Made by a program: the position numbers and the translations under genes | Shown: positions 14,000 through 26,723 of the stretch, one piece after another | Position numbering within the stretch: the stretch's first letter is position 1 | Layout: each line of letters begins with the position of its first letter | The notes under the pieces: generated by a model | Seen by the model: the letters and a program-made list of their open reading frames with translations, nothing else | Told to the model about the DNA's origin: nothing | Database searches by the model: none | Source of the DNA: Octopus vulgaris | Lineage: Eukaryota | Assembly (NCBI GenBank): GCA_951406725.2 | Contig: OX597817.1 | Span: 53,568,001 to 53,632,000 of the forward strand | Direction of reading: 5' to 3' | DNA length: 64,000 nucleotides

Positions 14000-14200
14000 G
14001 TGTAGGGGTTAAGAGTATGCCTGTGTGTAGAGGTTAAGATTAGGGGCTAGTATGGTTGTGTGTAGGGGTTGAGAATAGGGGCTGGTACAGACAGTTGTGT
14101 GTAGGGGCTGAGAATAGGGGCTGATGTGGTGTGTAGGGGTTAAGAATAGGGGCAGGTATCATTGCATGTAGGAGTTAAGAATAGAGGCTGGTATAGCTGT
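14000..14200. repeat. Degenerate ~33-35-bp minisatellite (gtgtgtaggggttaagaataggggctggtat...)
   Basis: About six recurring gtgtagggg-ttaagaatagggg units. Confidence 0.75.
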
Positions 14201-14940
14201 GTGTGTGTGTATTTAAGAAATTTGGTTTGAAATCACAAGGCTTAAGAATTGGTCTCATTGTACATCTCTTTGAGCAAGTATCTTCTTGTATAACTTAGAG
14301 CTTAGCAATATTTTTGTGAGAGAAATTGCTTTTTAATTTTCCAAACTGTATTGATGTGAATGAAACTCATCTTTACAGATCTTCTACTATTGAGAAACCC
14401 TTATCCTGTGGCATATTCTACTTAAGAGCTGCCCTTTACTTTCCTGTCACACTCTATAGGCTTTGTTCATTCATAGCAGATTTTTTAATTAGCCAAAAAT
14501 TGTGAATATGAAGATTGTGTTGATAGCTATGGAGTGCTAGACTTTTATTCCGGTCTTTCATATCTTTCATGCCAAAGTTTAGGGGATAGCAGGCTCTCTT
14601 GTCTTACACCCTTGCACCAGACCTAACTGTCAGCTGACTATATCATGACTCCTGCACACTTGGCATTATCATACCTTTCTCAGGAGTTTCACCTATTGTC
14701 ATCATCATCTATGCTAGATTGTGTTAATCCTTTAGCATTTAAACTGGCCATATCTGGCCCAAATATTCCGCCTTGTTTTATGATCAAATTAGCCAGATCC
14801 AGCCTCTCACACTTACCCTATTATGTCATTCTAAAAATAATCATATCGTGCTTTTAGTATTGTGTCCTTCGTAGTATCACAACCCAACTAAGACTCTTAT
14901 AATTCCAATATCTCACAAGATAGAAGTTGCTTAGAATATT

Positions 14941-16050
14941 CTGGTAAGACCTGTCTCCACTTGGAATGTAAGAACATGTAACATTGAATATTGGCTGGAA
15001 TTACTCTCTCAGTGGAATGATGAATTTCAAAATTCTTAGTGTTTCTGGTGATATTGGAACACAAGTCGTCGGCATCCGTCCATCTCGAGAGACGATGGTG
15101 TAGCTCAGAAAAGGTGGTGGGTTTATCTGCACTTCCTGGTTGAACTACAAGGCCTGGGCAGGTTTGTATGAGGGATCAGCTGTTGCCCATGCAGTTTGAT
15201 CCCCCCTCTCCATGCAGCTGATAGCTCCAAGGGAACGACGGGTCGATACAGCTTGGTACCAGATGCGTTGCAGGAGTTGCCGGTGACATGTTGTGTCAGG
15301 CTGCCTTAGGGACTCCAGCTCTGGATTTTCTGTCAGGGTTTACTCCCTTAGCCTTCCCAAGAGTGGGGTCTTGCCACAAGGCAGCAGAGGTTTGAAATCG
15401 GAGTTCCCTTTCCTAGTTGGACTGCCAGTCAAGGCTATCGAGTCCCAACTACTCAAAGCAACTGGTTTTAAGGTGCCAGTGACTCGCCTTTGCCCCTTCT
15501 CCTGTCAGTGGGAACAGTTTCGCTGCGGAAAGGCCAGGAGTTGGACTTGACTGTTGAAGGCTATTTGAGACACGCGCCGTGGGAGCACTTTGTAGGCAGT
15601 GGGAGCTTATCCCCGCTACCACTCCCGGCTATGACAGCCTTTGAAACCAGAACACAAGTATACCAGATGCAAATGAAGTGGAAAACTATATCATTATCTA
15701 TTCATGTAGATGAAGTAACATTGAAATACAAAGAATGGTTATGATAGAAGAGAAAGACTTTGCGAAAAAAAAGCATCATATCCTTTGATTGTTTAAAGTG
15801 CTTAACGAGGGCCTTTTTTTAATACAAATGTTATAGTAAATATTTTCCATGACTATGGCCCAAAACTCAAGTTACAAAGATGAATTTTTTGATGACCTGC
15901 AAACCAAAGTAAACCAGTTTCTGCAAAACGGTTTTTGCAAAATCATTGGAATTTTCAATGCTAAAGTAAGAGAGGACCAATGCTAAAAGTGGTGAAGTGT
16001 TTGACACAAATATGGTTTTGTGGGGCAACTAGTGCTGCAATTTTGTGTGC
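14941..16050 (+). pseudogene. Decayed LINE AP-endonuclease region, interrupted by an insertion
   Basis: STWNVRT at about 14956 and DEFFDDLQ...IIGIFNAKV at about 15880-15970 resemble APE motifs (TWNVR, GDFNA); many stops and frameshifts. Confidence 0.6.
15067..15649 (-). mobile_element. GC-rich non-coding retroelement (probably a non-autonomous RTE derivative) with TSD
   Basis: 10-bp direct repeat gaacacaagt at 15057-15066 and 15650-15659; GC content far above flanks; aggaaagggaactccgatttcaaacc resembles RTE 5' UTRs (recalled). Confidence 0.65.
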
Positions 16051-16556
16051 AATGAATGGTTTTTCAGGGCAGCATAGGCCTCATCCAGTAAACAACTAGA
16101 CCCTTAATCAAATGTTATTACCCAGAAGCAAAAAAAAGAATAGAAACCAGAAGCTCAAACTAAAACCTAGCAGAATATAGAAAAGTGTTGAGATAAGTTC
16201 TGCTGATTTTTCTGTTCTTGGGAAGTTTTGTTATCTACAGAGCAAAAGAAAAGACAGATTTTGTTGAAATGATATGATGATGTGTATGACATTGTTAGTA
16301 AAGACCTGGTTGGAAAATTTGAAATGTTGGGTGGGGAGGATGCTTTTGTGGGCAGGGGTGGTCGTGGTGCTATGGCTCAAGCTGGATGGCATAGGGCAAA
16401 GCATGTGCTGGGAAGAAACAACAAATAAAATAACAGAAGGAACCTCTGTGTGTGTGTGTGTAGAGAGAGAGAGTATACAGTTATGTTTGTGTATGTTGAT
16501 ATTTTTAGATGTATATATTGGCATATGTATATATGTCGGTGTAAATGTGTGTGTGT

Positions 16557-16790
16557 CATCATCATCATCGTTTAACGTCCATTTTCCATGCTAGCATGGG
16601 TTGGATGGTTTGACCGGGGTCTGGGAAGCCAGGAGGCTGCACCAGACTCCAGTCTGATATGGCAGTGTTTCTACAGCTGGATACCCTTCCTGACGCCAAC
16701 CACTCCATGAGTGTAGTGGGTGCCTTTTACATGCCACCAGCATGATCGATTGGTCCTTTTTACGTGCCACCGGCACAGAAGCCAGTCATA
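16557..16790 (-). mobile_element. RTE-family 3' tail copy
   Basis: Same sequence family as 685-1002. Confidence 0.75.
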
Positions 16791-17292
16791 TATTTGTATA
16801 AATTCATGGTGTAAGAAGATATGGATGTGTATTGTAACATTGTTTAGTATATTTGTGTTTATATATATACAGGAGATTGAGAATTGCTTGACAAACTGTT
16901 GGCCACATATATGTCTATGCACAGAAACATTTAATATACACATACTCATACATACATACGCAGCCACACTTTAACATACAAATCCATACTTGAACACACA
17001 CATACCTACACTTGCATATGCACACACACACACACACACACACTTTCTGTCTCACACGCATGCACACACCCACAATTGTACACACACACATACACACCTG
17101 TATACATCCTGATGCTTGTGCAGACAACCATTTACCTGTGTATACCATTTGATCTTGTTTGTTAATTTAATTAATCTGCTCCAATTTAAATCTGAGAATC
17201 TATATTGAATCGGGTCAGTTGTTTGATCATCCAGAATATTCTAGAATCTTATTCTTTTTTTCTCTCTCTCTCTCTCTCTCCTCATTATTTAG

Positions 17293-17681
17293 GAACTTCA
17301 GCGGCAGAAATCTAATTATGAGCGGCAGAAAAAGCATGCAGTGCACCTTCGGATGCAGCAGGAAGAGGCTGAACGAGAGCTAAAGCAACCAAAGAGTTTA
17401 GACAGCCAGCGAGAGGAGATGCGGCGGTTGAACATGGTTGTCAAAGAGAAGCAAGACCAGGAGATGATACGACAGCGTCTGCAAGGGGACCAGGAGGAAG
17501 GAAAGGTGGAGAGCCAGCCGCTGCCAGATGCAGTGCAACAACAACAGTTGGCAGAAATGCAGAAATCTGAAGAACTGAGAAAGATTGAACCTGTCAGTCG
17601 AGTGCCGCTTCAGGAGAAAGAGAAAGCGACAGTGAAGAGAGACAAAACAGAGGAGACACTGAAGACCAAAGTGGACAATAA
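17293..17681 (+). CDS. LRCH: Internal coding exon of LRCH-like gene (coiled-coil, ELQRQKSNYERQKK...TKVDN)
   Basis: Long (CT)n pyrimidine tract then ttatttAG acceptor; open E/Q/K/R-rich frame; donor AA|gtatgt (phase 0 to phase 2). Joins in frame to 32521. Confidence 0.85.
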
Positions 17682-17975
17682 GTATGTTCTTTTCGGTTTT
17701 TTCCCCTTCACCAATTCTTGTCTTCTTTCTACAATTCCTTTTCACAAAACTTTCATTTCCCCATTGCCACAAATCTTTTCCTTTATTACTCTGTTTTTTT
17801 TTCCCCCTTCCTGTGTCTCCCCCGCTCTATTCATGAGCTCTTTTGTTTGTTCTTCAGAGTTATTTGTGAAGATTTCTTTTCTCCCCTACTTTTATTCTCA
17901 TCTCTGTGGTTTCTCTCTATCTTTCTACTGGACTCTATTCATTTTTCATCTCTCTCTTCTCAGTTGTTCCCTTAA

Positions 17976-18396
17976 CCCTTTTATGTTACCATATTTATTT
18001 TGAGATGCTCTGTATTTCTTTCAATTACTTTGAATATAACAAAGAATTTAGTAAAATAACTTGGTTATCATTCAGCTAGTGTTAGGAACATAAATTATGA
18101 CTAAGGTTTGGTGGAAGATTTTAATTCAGAACTTATGTCGGTTGGTATCAAAAGGGTTAAGAATTGTTTCTCTATTATATATTTTAACCTTTTTGCTACC
18201 ATATTTATTTTGAGATGCTCTGTATTTCTTTCAATTAATTTTAAATATAAGAAAGAATTTAGTAAAATAACTTAATTATCATTCAGCTAGTGTTAGGAAC
18301 ATAAATTGTGACTAAGGTTTGGTGGAAGATTTTAATTCAAAACTTATGAAAACTACAGAACCAGAGCTGGTTTCAGGCAGGTTGGTATCGAAAGGG
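17976..18396. mobile_element. Two tandem piggyBac-like MITE copies (17976-18156 and 18188-18396)
   Basis: TTAA-CCCTTTT...AAAAGGG-TTAA ends on the first copy; second copy near-identical; partial reverse copy at about 6410-6540. Confidence 0.7.
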
Positions 18397-18617
18397 TCGA
18401 GAATTGTTTCTCTATTATATATTTTAAATCAATATTTTTCAACGTTTTTACCCTTATGGACTCCTTTCATTCGTATTTTACTTTACTGGACCCTCCATAC
18501 CCATTCATAGTATATTAAACTACATCCTACTGTATTTTCATTATGAAATATCATGAGGAGTTGTATAAATAAAAAAAAACCGTTTAGTTCAGAAATATCA
18601 ATTTACAGTTCTGTATT

Positions 18618-18760
18618 TAATAATATCAAAAAATACCTTAGGAATGAGAACGCAGGTTTGAAATTTCCCCAAGACACCTGATGAAGGCTGGAGAGTACAT
18701 CAGCCAAAACATGTCAACAACAAACAAGATGAGGACAAATATCCGTCTAATGTAAATAAT
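18618..18760 (+). mobile_element. Headless copy of the tRNA/hammerhead-like element, nested in a hAT-like MITE
   Basis: Matches 31480-31632; contains gacac-CTGATGA-a-ggctg...cagcc-AAAAC-atgtc. Confidence 0.7.
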
Positions 18761-19342
18761 CAATTTATTGGAGATAAAAACTTTAACAACAAAATCTTAT
18801 TTGGACCCCAAAGGGCCATATGAGACCGGATTGAGAGTCACTGACTTAAATGTTTCACTTTCTCTGATCCATTGATCTTCTCTACCTCTCTGTCTATCTC
18901 TCATGGGATTCCTCATTGCTATTCTACTTCCTCTTCATTTCTCTTTTTCTCACCTGGTTCACTAAAATTTCTTTGATTCCCTCCTCATCATCCATGTGTC
19001 CTCAATGTATCTCCAGAGAAATTTCACCAACCTTCACTTTTATAAATCCCCCCCACCCATGTTATCCAGATTTTGTCTTTTGACTTTCTTCATTTCTTCC
19101 TTTCTGGAAACCCCCTGGCAACATCTTTTTTTTTAACATCACCTAAGGTCACATCTTTCTGTATCGGATTTTCACTTTGCAGCAGTGTGTGTGTGTTTGT
19201 GTGTATGTATGTATGTACGTACGTGTGCATATTTGTTTAAATACACCTACCCTTCGCAGTACTGTTACTCCGCAGGGCTCGTCAAAGCTCCATCGAAGAA
19301 CTTCCTCGCAAAAACACATCTTAATTTAAGTGTGCTTGTGAA

Positions 19343-19660
19343 GGCACATGGCTTAGTGGTTGGGATATTCGGCTCACAATCATAAGGTCATGAGTTCAAT
19401 CCCCCAGTGATGCATTGTGTCCTTGAATAAAACACTTTATCTCACATTGCTCCAGTCCACTCAGCTGGAAAAAATGAGATGTACCAATAATTCAAAGGGC
19501 CAGCCTTGCCGCACTCTGTGTCACACCGAATCTCCTTGAGAACTTTGTTAAGGGTACACTTGTCTGTAGAGTGCTCAGTCATTTGCACGTTAATTTCACA
19601 AGCAGGCTGTTCTGTTGATCGAATCAACTGGGACCCTCGTTTTCGTAACTGATGGAGTGT
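19343..19660 (+). mobile_element. tRNA-derived SINE, family D
   Basis: Box A tggcttagtgg, box B gagttcaatcc, central tgtgtccttga..aa.acactt domain; 3' part recurs at 56700-56920. Confidence 0.75.
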
Positions 19661-19714
19661 TCATTCCTTATATATATATGGAGTGTTTGAAGTGGTGTAC
19701 AGATATTGTATATT

Positions 19715-19850
19715 GAAAAAAAGGGGGCAGTCAGAATTTTGGATAATTCTTTATTAGCACTTTTTTTTATTTAATTTTTGTCTTGAAGAGTTCAGTTAAA
19801 TGAATGAAAGCGCTAATAAAGAATTATCCAAAATTCAGACTGCTTCCTTT

Positions 19851-19853
<3 letters not shown>
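19715..19853. repeat. Fold-back inverted repeat with degenerate hammerhead-like core
   Basis: Arms gcagtcagaattttggataattctttattagc / gctaataaagaattatccaaaattcagactgc; relatives at 34189-34617 and 36480-36570. Confidence 0.75.
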
Positions 19854-19889
<36 letters not shown>

Positions 19890-20682
19890 CACATACACAC
19901 GTGTGTGTGTGTGTGGCCTGCTCGCTTAGCCAGTGTGGTGGTGTCATTTGAAGGCTAAAACAATGCGAAGCGCATTGTGACCAGCGATGTGTAGAAACAT
20001 CTGATAGCCTGGTCGGTCATGGTGATATATATATATATATTTGTGTGTGTATTTGCCTGGTGTATCTTGACACTTTTAATTGAGTACTGCAGAATCATCA
20101 TGAGTATGTATGTGTGTGTGTGTGTGTGTGTGTGTTAAATGAGAGGAGAAAGTGCTCAATTTGTTGTTTCGATTTTCTGGGTGTAAAAAAAAAATGTCAG
20201 TGTTGTAATGGAGTGATCCTCCAAATCTGAATAAATGGATGGATACGTGTTTGTGTGTGTTTGAGTAAGAATGATAGTTTGTGTGCAATATATGAAGCAA
20301 ACGTCCGACCAACCAACAAAAAAAAAAAAAACACAAATGGGCTAGAATTTAATTGAATTACTCCTGTTTTCCTTCTCCAAGAATCAATAAAGAAAGACTG
20401 AAGAAGAATGCTGTAGATAATTGCCTCAGGTATATTTCTCATCTACTAACTCTGTAGAAGAATCTTGGCTTTTTAGATCTAATTCCAACCTTGAAGTATG
20501 TTGCTCTCTCCACCTTTTTTCCCTGATTAATGCAGTGGGTTTGAAACCCTACCCGCTCTCTTTCCCTGTTGCTTCCTCATCCATGGCAATCTTTTATGAT
20601 GTTTGTGATACTTCGTTTGTTAACACTCAACTTCTACTATGTATTTGTCTTAGCCAATAAAACATTATTATTATTATTATTA

Positions 20683-21436
20683 GGCAGTGAACGGGCTGAA
20701 TGGTTTGCACACTGTGCGAAATACTTAGCGGCATTTCGTCCATCATTATGTTCTGAGTTCGAATTCCACTGAGGTCGACTTTACCTTTCATCCTTTTGGG
20801 GTCGATAAAAAGAGTGCCAGCCGAACGCTGGGGTTGACATAATTGATTGGTTCCCTTCCCAGAACTTTATGGCTCTGTGCCAAAATTTGAAATCATCATC
20901 ATCATCATCATCATTATTATTATTATTATAGACGTCGCACAGTATACGATGTCGTGATGCTGTTGATTGAAGATATTGTGTCTACCAGGCATTTGTACTA
21001 TTTGTCAAGTCACAACAAGGACCTTAGACAGACAACACTTTACACAATATGCGTGCAGTTCCAAGTAGTGCTGACTTTTGCAATACATCTAGATTGTAGG
21101 GTATTTCTAAGGTTTTCAGATGTTTTTTTTGAGATTGGGTGGTATTGAACCCAATGTTCCAATGACAATAGGGATAACCTTTATGTTCGACTCTTGTAGT
21201 TTATCGTTATTATTATTATTAAGGTGGTGAGCTGGCAGAATTGTTAGCACCCTGGACAAAATGCTTAGCGGTATTTCACCTGCTGTTACATTCCGAGTTC
21301 AAATTCCACTGAGGTTGACTTTGTCTTTCCTCCTTTTGGGGGGTCGATGATTTAAGTACCAGTGAAACACTGGGGTTGATGTAATCTAGTAGTCCCCCCA
21401 CTAAAATTTCAAGCCTTCTGCTTTTAGCAGAAAAGA

Positions 21437-21470
<34 letters not shown>

Positions 21471-24466
21471 AAAGGTGGCAAGCTGTCAGAATCATTTGCA
21501 TGCCAGGCAGAATGCTTAGCAGCATTTTGTCTGTCTTTACATTCTGAGTCCAAATTCCGCTGAAGCGAAACGTTGCTTCTCATCCTTGCGGGGTTGATGA
21601 AATATGTACTACTTGAGTGCTGGGGTTGATTTCCTCTACTTAATCCCTTCTTGAAATTGCTGGCCTTGGCATGGTTTCTATGGTTGAATACCTTTTATAG
21701 TGCTAACCACACCACAAAATGTACTGGGTGCTCTTAACGTGGCACCAGCGCCAGTACCAGAACGTGAAGATGGACGAAATACTGCCAAGCATTCTACCCA
21801 GCATGCTAACAATTCTGTCAGCTTGCTGCCTTAATAATAGTAATAATAATAATAATAATAATCCTTTCTACTGGAGGCACATGGCCTCAAATTTGTGGGG
21901 AGAGGACTAGTCAATTACATCGACCCCAATGTTTGGCTGGGACTTGATTTATCGACCCCGAAAAGATGAAAGGCAAAGTTGAGCTTGGAGGAATTTGATC
22001 TTAGAATGTAGCAGCGGGTGAAATACTGCTAAATTTTGCCTGGCATCCTAATGATTCTGCCAACTTGCCGGCATAATAATATTAATAATAATAATAATAA
22101 TTTCAAATTTTTGCACAAGGCCAGCAAGTTTAGGGGGAGTGGACTAGGCAATTTCATTGACCTCTGGACCCAACTTATTTTATCGACCCCAAAGAGATGA
22201 AAGGGAAAGTAGACCTTAGCAGAATTTAAATGATAATGATGATATAATACTACTACTACTACTAATCATAATAATTGATAATTACTAATTAAAACATCAT
22301 GAAGATGGCCAGGAATTGGAAATTACTTCTAATTCTTCTTGTTTCCCTCTCTTTTCTAAATCTAATTTTATCTCTTCATACACAGAGATAAAAATAGAAA
22401 AACCTTTTCAAAACTGCTTGACATAGATTTGTTTTTTTTCTTTAACCTCTTCCGTTTTTATTTCAGACATTATTATCTTATCATTATTCTCCTTTTAACA
22501 ATAATTTTAATACAATTGCCCATGTAAAAAAAAAACAAAAAAAACTATTAGAGCTTTGTCTTTTCCTTTACAGCCAACCCACTGTAGATCAATGCTATAT
22601 GAGTGTTCCTAGGTAGTGCCATTTAACCATGTTCTTGAACAAACAGGTTCAATCTATGACACCAGTATTGATTCCTTTTGCTCTATTTCACATGAAGTTT
22701 TTGGAGAACCTATCAATAATTTTAGTGAGTGGATAGGAAGAGAGAGGTGAAGGGTGCTTGGGAGAGGGCAAGCAAATCCAATCACGTGATTTCTCTTTAG
22801 TTTGCTACTTGAAGATTTATCTAATCAAGAGTTAAGACAGGTCTTCATTTATGTTAGCGTTCTTGTTTCTTATTGGTTGACTGGGCAGATATCCAGTGCT
22901 TGCCCAAGTAGACTGTGTCTGCCTGAGTAGACACAATCTGCTCTGCACATGACAGTTTATCTGAAGGTTTTAGTTTATTTATTAATCGCTAAATTTAATG
23001 AAGTTCTTTTTCTCTTTATTTTAAAATATAATTTTTAACTTTAGACTATCAATAGCAGAAATGATGATGATAATAGTAATAATAATAATAATAATAATCC
23101 TTTCTACTATAGGCATAAAGCCTGAAATTTTGGTGGAACGGGCAAGTCGATCACATTGACTCCCAGTACACAACTGGTACTTAATTTATCAACCTCAAAA
23201 AGGATGAAAGGCAGTCGACCTCGGCAGAATTTGAACTCAGAACATAACGGCAGTCGAAATTCCACTAAGCATTTCACCCGGTGTGCTAATGATTCTGCCA
23301 GCTTGCCGCCGTCAATAATAATGGTTTCAAATTTTGCCACAAGGCCAGCCATTTTGGGGGAGGGTTAGGTCGGATACATTAACCCCAGTGCATAACTGGT
23401 ACTTAATTTATCGACTCTGAAAAAAATGGAAGGCAAAGTCAACCTCAATGGAATTTAAGCTCAGAACATAGCGACAGACGAAATACCGCTAAGCATTTTG
23501 CCTGGCATGCTAACAATTCTGTCAGCTCGCCACCTTTGAAAATGATGATAATTATAATTATAATAATAATAAGAAGAAGAATCATAATGCCTGTGAATGA
23601 AATCAATTGGCAGGAAGTATGAGGAAATTTGTCATGCACGCGCGCACACATGAACGCATGCATGTATGCACGCGCGTGTGTGTGTGTGGCTAATTGTTAG
23701 CTCACCTTGTTGTCATTAGCACTGTCAGAGTAAAAGACAGGGTCATTATTTAACCTTAAGTGACCAGTACTCCATAGTTGAGCAGATGTGATGCCCGATG
23801 GAATGGAAAAATAGCTTACTTGGAAAGAGAAGCAAGGCTTACTTCATGGGTTTAGTGTAGGCCCATTTAGTCATAAACCAGTTTTGCCATTCTCACCTAC
23901 CTTTCACATCCCATGCTCTCTCTTTTTCTCTCTCTCTCCTTTCAGCCCTCTCTTCAAATACCTGAAAAAGTTGACTGTTCTCTCTAAAGAAACAAAGCTC
24001 TGCCCTCAGTTCTTTCAACAGCATCCGCAGTCCAACCCCCTTCGCCATAGTTACCCAACACCACTAGCTCCACAAGCTCTGCTTTGCCAATGGTTATGCT
24101 TTGATCCTAACAGTAGACTTGACTGGTAGATAGACCTGTTCCACACGTAACAGTTTTTCTGGTTGTTTTTTTTTTTGTGTAGTTTTGTTACTCTGAGTGC
24201 TGCTTTTTATATACTACCACGTTATTAGAAGGTGGAATGTTAGAAATTCTGATGTTTCCTAAACAGGTATAAACCGTGAAGTTTGGAGGAGGGATAAGTC
24301 AATTATACTGACCCCCAACAGTTAACTGGTACTTCATTTTATCGACCCTGAAAGGATGAAAGACAAAGTTGCCCTTGGTGTAATTTGAACTCTGAACTTA
24401 AAGAGCCAGAAGAAATGTTACTAAGCATTTGGTCCAATGCACTAATGATTCTTCTAGTTGCTGCCA

Positions 24467-24470
<4 letters not shown>
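20683..24470. mobile_element. Cluster of about 8 family-A SINEs (ggcggcgagctggcagaa...gcctttcatcctttcggggtcgataaa) in both orientations, separated by (ATT/AAT)n
   Basis: Plus copies at about 20683, 21222, 21473; minus copies at about 21860-22075, 22100-22230, 23098-23310, 23320-23536, 24270-24465. Confidence 0.8.
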
Positions 24471-24511
<41 letters not shown>

Positions 24512-24804
24512 TGATACTGCAAATATTCTACTCCATACACAGATTTGCTTGTCAGTTGTTTGACCGTAACCAGTTGAGCATGTCCTTTAGTGGCTGACGA
24601 TATGTGCATCTCTGACCACGAGCAGAAGTAGTGGGGTAGCATCATAGCCATGTGTTGAGAGGGATTCTTTGGGGTTTGAATAATTCACCTTTGGAAACAT
24701 GGGTGTTTCATTCAACATCCTTAAACAACCCTTATTCAGGGACCTTTTGAGCATGAAGAAAATTCTAACTGGGCCCCAGTGCTCTCTCACTCAATAGTAA
24801 TAAT

Positions 24805-25500
24805 AAAGAGACCAAGAGTGCTATACTGGCAGTGCAAGATAAAGCTTTGGCCATGAACTGGAAGATTGACCTGAGGAATGAACAAGTGTCTTTGCTGTGA
24901 TGCGTCTGCAATAGAGTGGATTATACTATTGCCTATATCACGGACGAATGCCCTAGACTTGCCCAAAACCACTACAAGTTGTGGCGACATGACCAAGTAG
25001 TGAAAGTGCTACATTGGTAGCCACCTGGTAGCGAAAGACTAGCAAAATTCTCTGGGCAATCCAAACAGGTCAGGTGCTAGAGCATAACAGACTGGACCTA
25101 GTGTTGGCAGTCAAGGTGCACCATATATGCTATATAGTTGATGTTGCATGCCCCTTTGACCCACGAATAGTCAAGAAGGAAGGCGAAAAGATAGATAAAT
25201 ACAATCCTCTTATGTATGAAATAGCCCGGCTATGGAAAATGAAGAAGGTGAAGATAGTGTCAATTATTGTTGGGTCCTTGGGAACAGTATCAGAAGGCAT
25301 CAAGGGGAATATCAAGGAAATTGGAATAGAGTGCCCAGTAGATCTGTTACGAAAGGTTTGCCTACTTGGCAGTGCCAGAATAATCAGGGAAGTATTAGAT
25401 AGCTGAAAAGAATGAATAGCATGGTACCATAGGCTGCATGTAGAAGGCACGCTATGCATGCAAAACCTGAGGAATTCCTACAAAACCTGTGATAAAGAGA
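24805..25500 (+). mobile_element. 3' fragment of a restriction-like endonuclease non-LTR retrotransposon (R4/Dong/NeSL-like)
   Basis: ECPRLAQNHYKLWRHDQVVKVLHW zinc-knuckle region, then the 25074-25406 ORF with HNRLDLV...IVDVACPFD...EKIDKY...IIVGSLG...LLGSARIIREVL. Confidence 0.85.
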
Positions 25501-25811
25501 AAATAATAATGATGATAATGATCTCTCCTGTTGCTGATGAAATATGAGTGCTTAGTAACAAAATGAAAAAAAGAATACTTTGTTATTAGTGAACAACCAA
25601 CTCAAAGAATTTAGGCAGAGTAAGGTTTGTACAGAGCTCATTTGGCTCTTCGTTCCTAATTGTGGCCACTTGGCCATGTAATTGATACGTGCTAGGGAAG
25701 ATAGATATGTAAAACTCAAACAATTAGTACTGAACCCCTTCATCATCACAGTCCCCATCATATGTGAAGTTCGTCTTGATGAAGTTTATCTAATAATAAC
25801 AACCAATAGCT

Positions 25812-26061
25812 TCTGTGCCTGTGACATGTAAAAAGCACCAACCGATCATGGCTGTTACCAGCCTCACCTGGCACCTGTGCCGGTGGCATGTAAAAAGCAC
25901 CCACTACACTCACGGAGTGGTTGGCGTTAGGAAGGGCATCCAGCTGTAGAAATACTGCCAGATCAGACTGGAGCCTGGTGTAGCCTCCTGGATTCCCAGA
26001 CCCTGGCCGAACTGTCCAACCTGTTCTAGCACGGAAAACGGAAGTTAAATGATGATGATGA
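25812..26061 (+). mobile_element. RTE-family 3' tail copy
   Basis: Ends gaagttaaatgatgatgatg. Confidence 0.75.
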
Positions 26062-26600
26062 AGACATACCTCAGTGAATTACAGGTACAAACTGAAATAC
26101 ACAATAACTGCAATGTAATGTATCAAACTTGCTGCCTGCTACAGTTGAGATATTTATGGGGTCCATCTCCCCTTAAACAAACTACTAGCACACTTAACTA
26201 GCACGTGTACCACTGGTAGTTCAATACAAATGTCACACAACCCCTAGTAGCAGGCAGAGGCAGTTAACATGAAAATTAGAGTGAAGTGTTGCTACTGACG
26301 GGTTGGAACCTAATTTCTTGCTTACCCTTTTCTTAAATCCTCATCCTTGCATATCTTAATGCCTTTGTGATCTAACTGAAGAGAAACCATTTCTTCCAAA
26401 TTCTACCTGCTGACCTCATTAAATCTCCAACTAACTACTACTGCTATTAGTATTATTATTACCTTTACCATTTTTGGTTCTCTGGAGCATTGGTCTGTTT
26501 GTTTCCTCTTGTATTTGAATTTTAACCCATCACCCCAACCACTTTTTTTTTTTTCTTCCCAGTGACTGACAATTTGTTTTTGTTTGTCTAAGATTCTAAG

Positions 26601-26723
26601 ATTGTTGCATGAAGTTCCTTTGCGTCCGTTTTCTTCCAGCTTTCTGCCTCTCGCTGACTCCTATGACAATTGTTCTGAAAATGACTACGAAAGCATGGAC
26701 ACGTCCGCCGGCATGCTTTATAG
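26601..26723 (+). CDS. LRCH: Candidate 123-nt cassette exon (LLHEVPLRPFSSSFLPLADSYDNCSENDYESMDTSAGMLY)
   Basis: T-rich tract and ctaAG acceptor; donor AG|gtacag; symmetric phase 2-2, matching the flanking exons; CpG-richer than the surrounding intron. Confidence 0.5.

Noticed and set aside
17398-17772. Minus-strand ORF of 124 aa (likewise 37134-37520 and 42162-42347)
   Set aside because: Antisense shadows of the real plus-strand exons.
19343-19420. tRNA gene candidates (also 11951, 31398, 41103)
   Set aside because: Box A/B are present but there is no complete cloverleaf, and each continues into a repeated SINE body.
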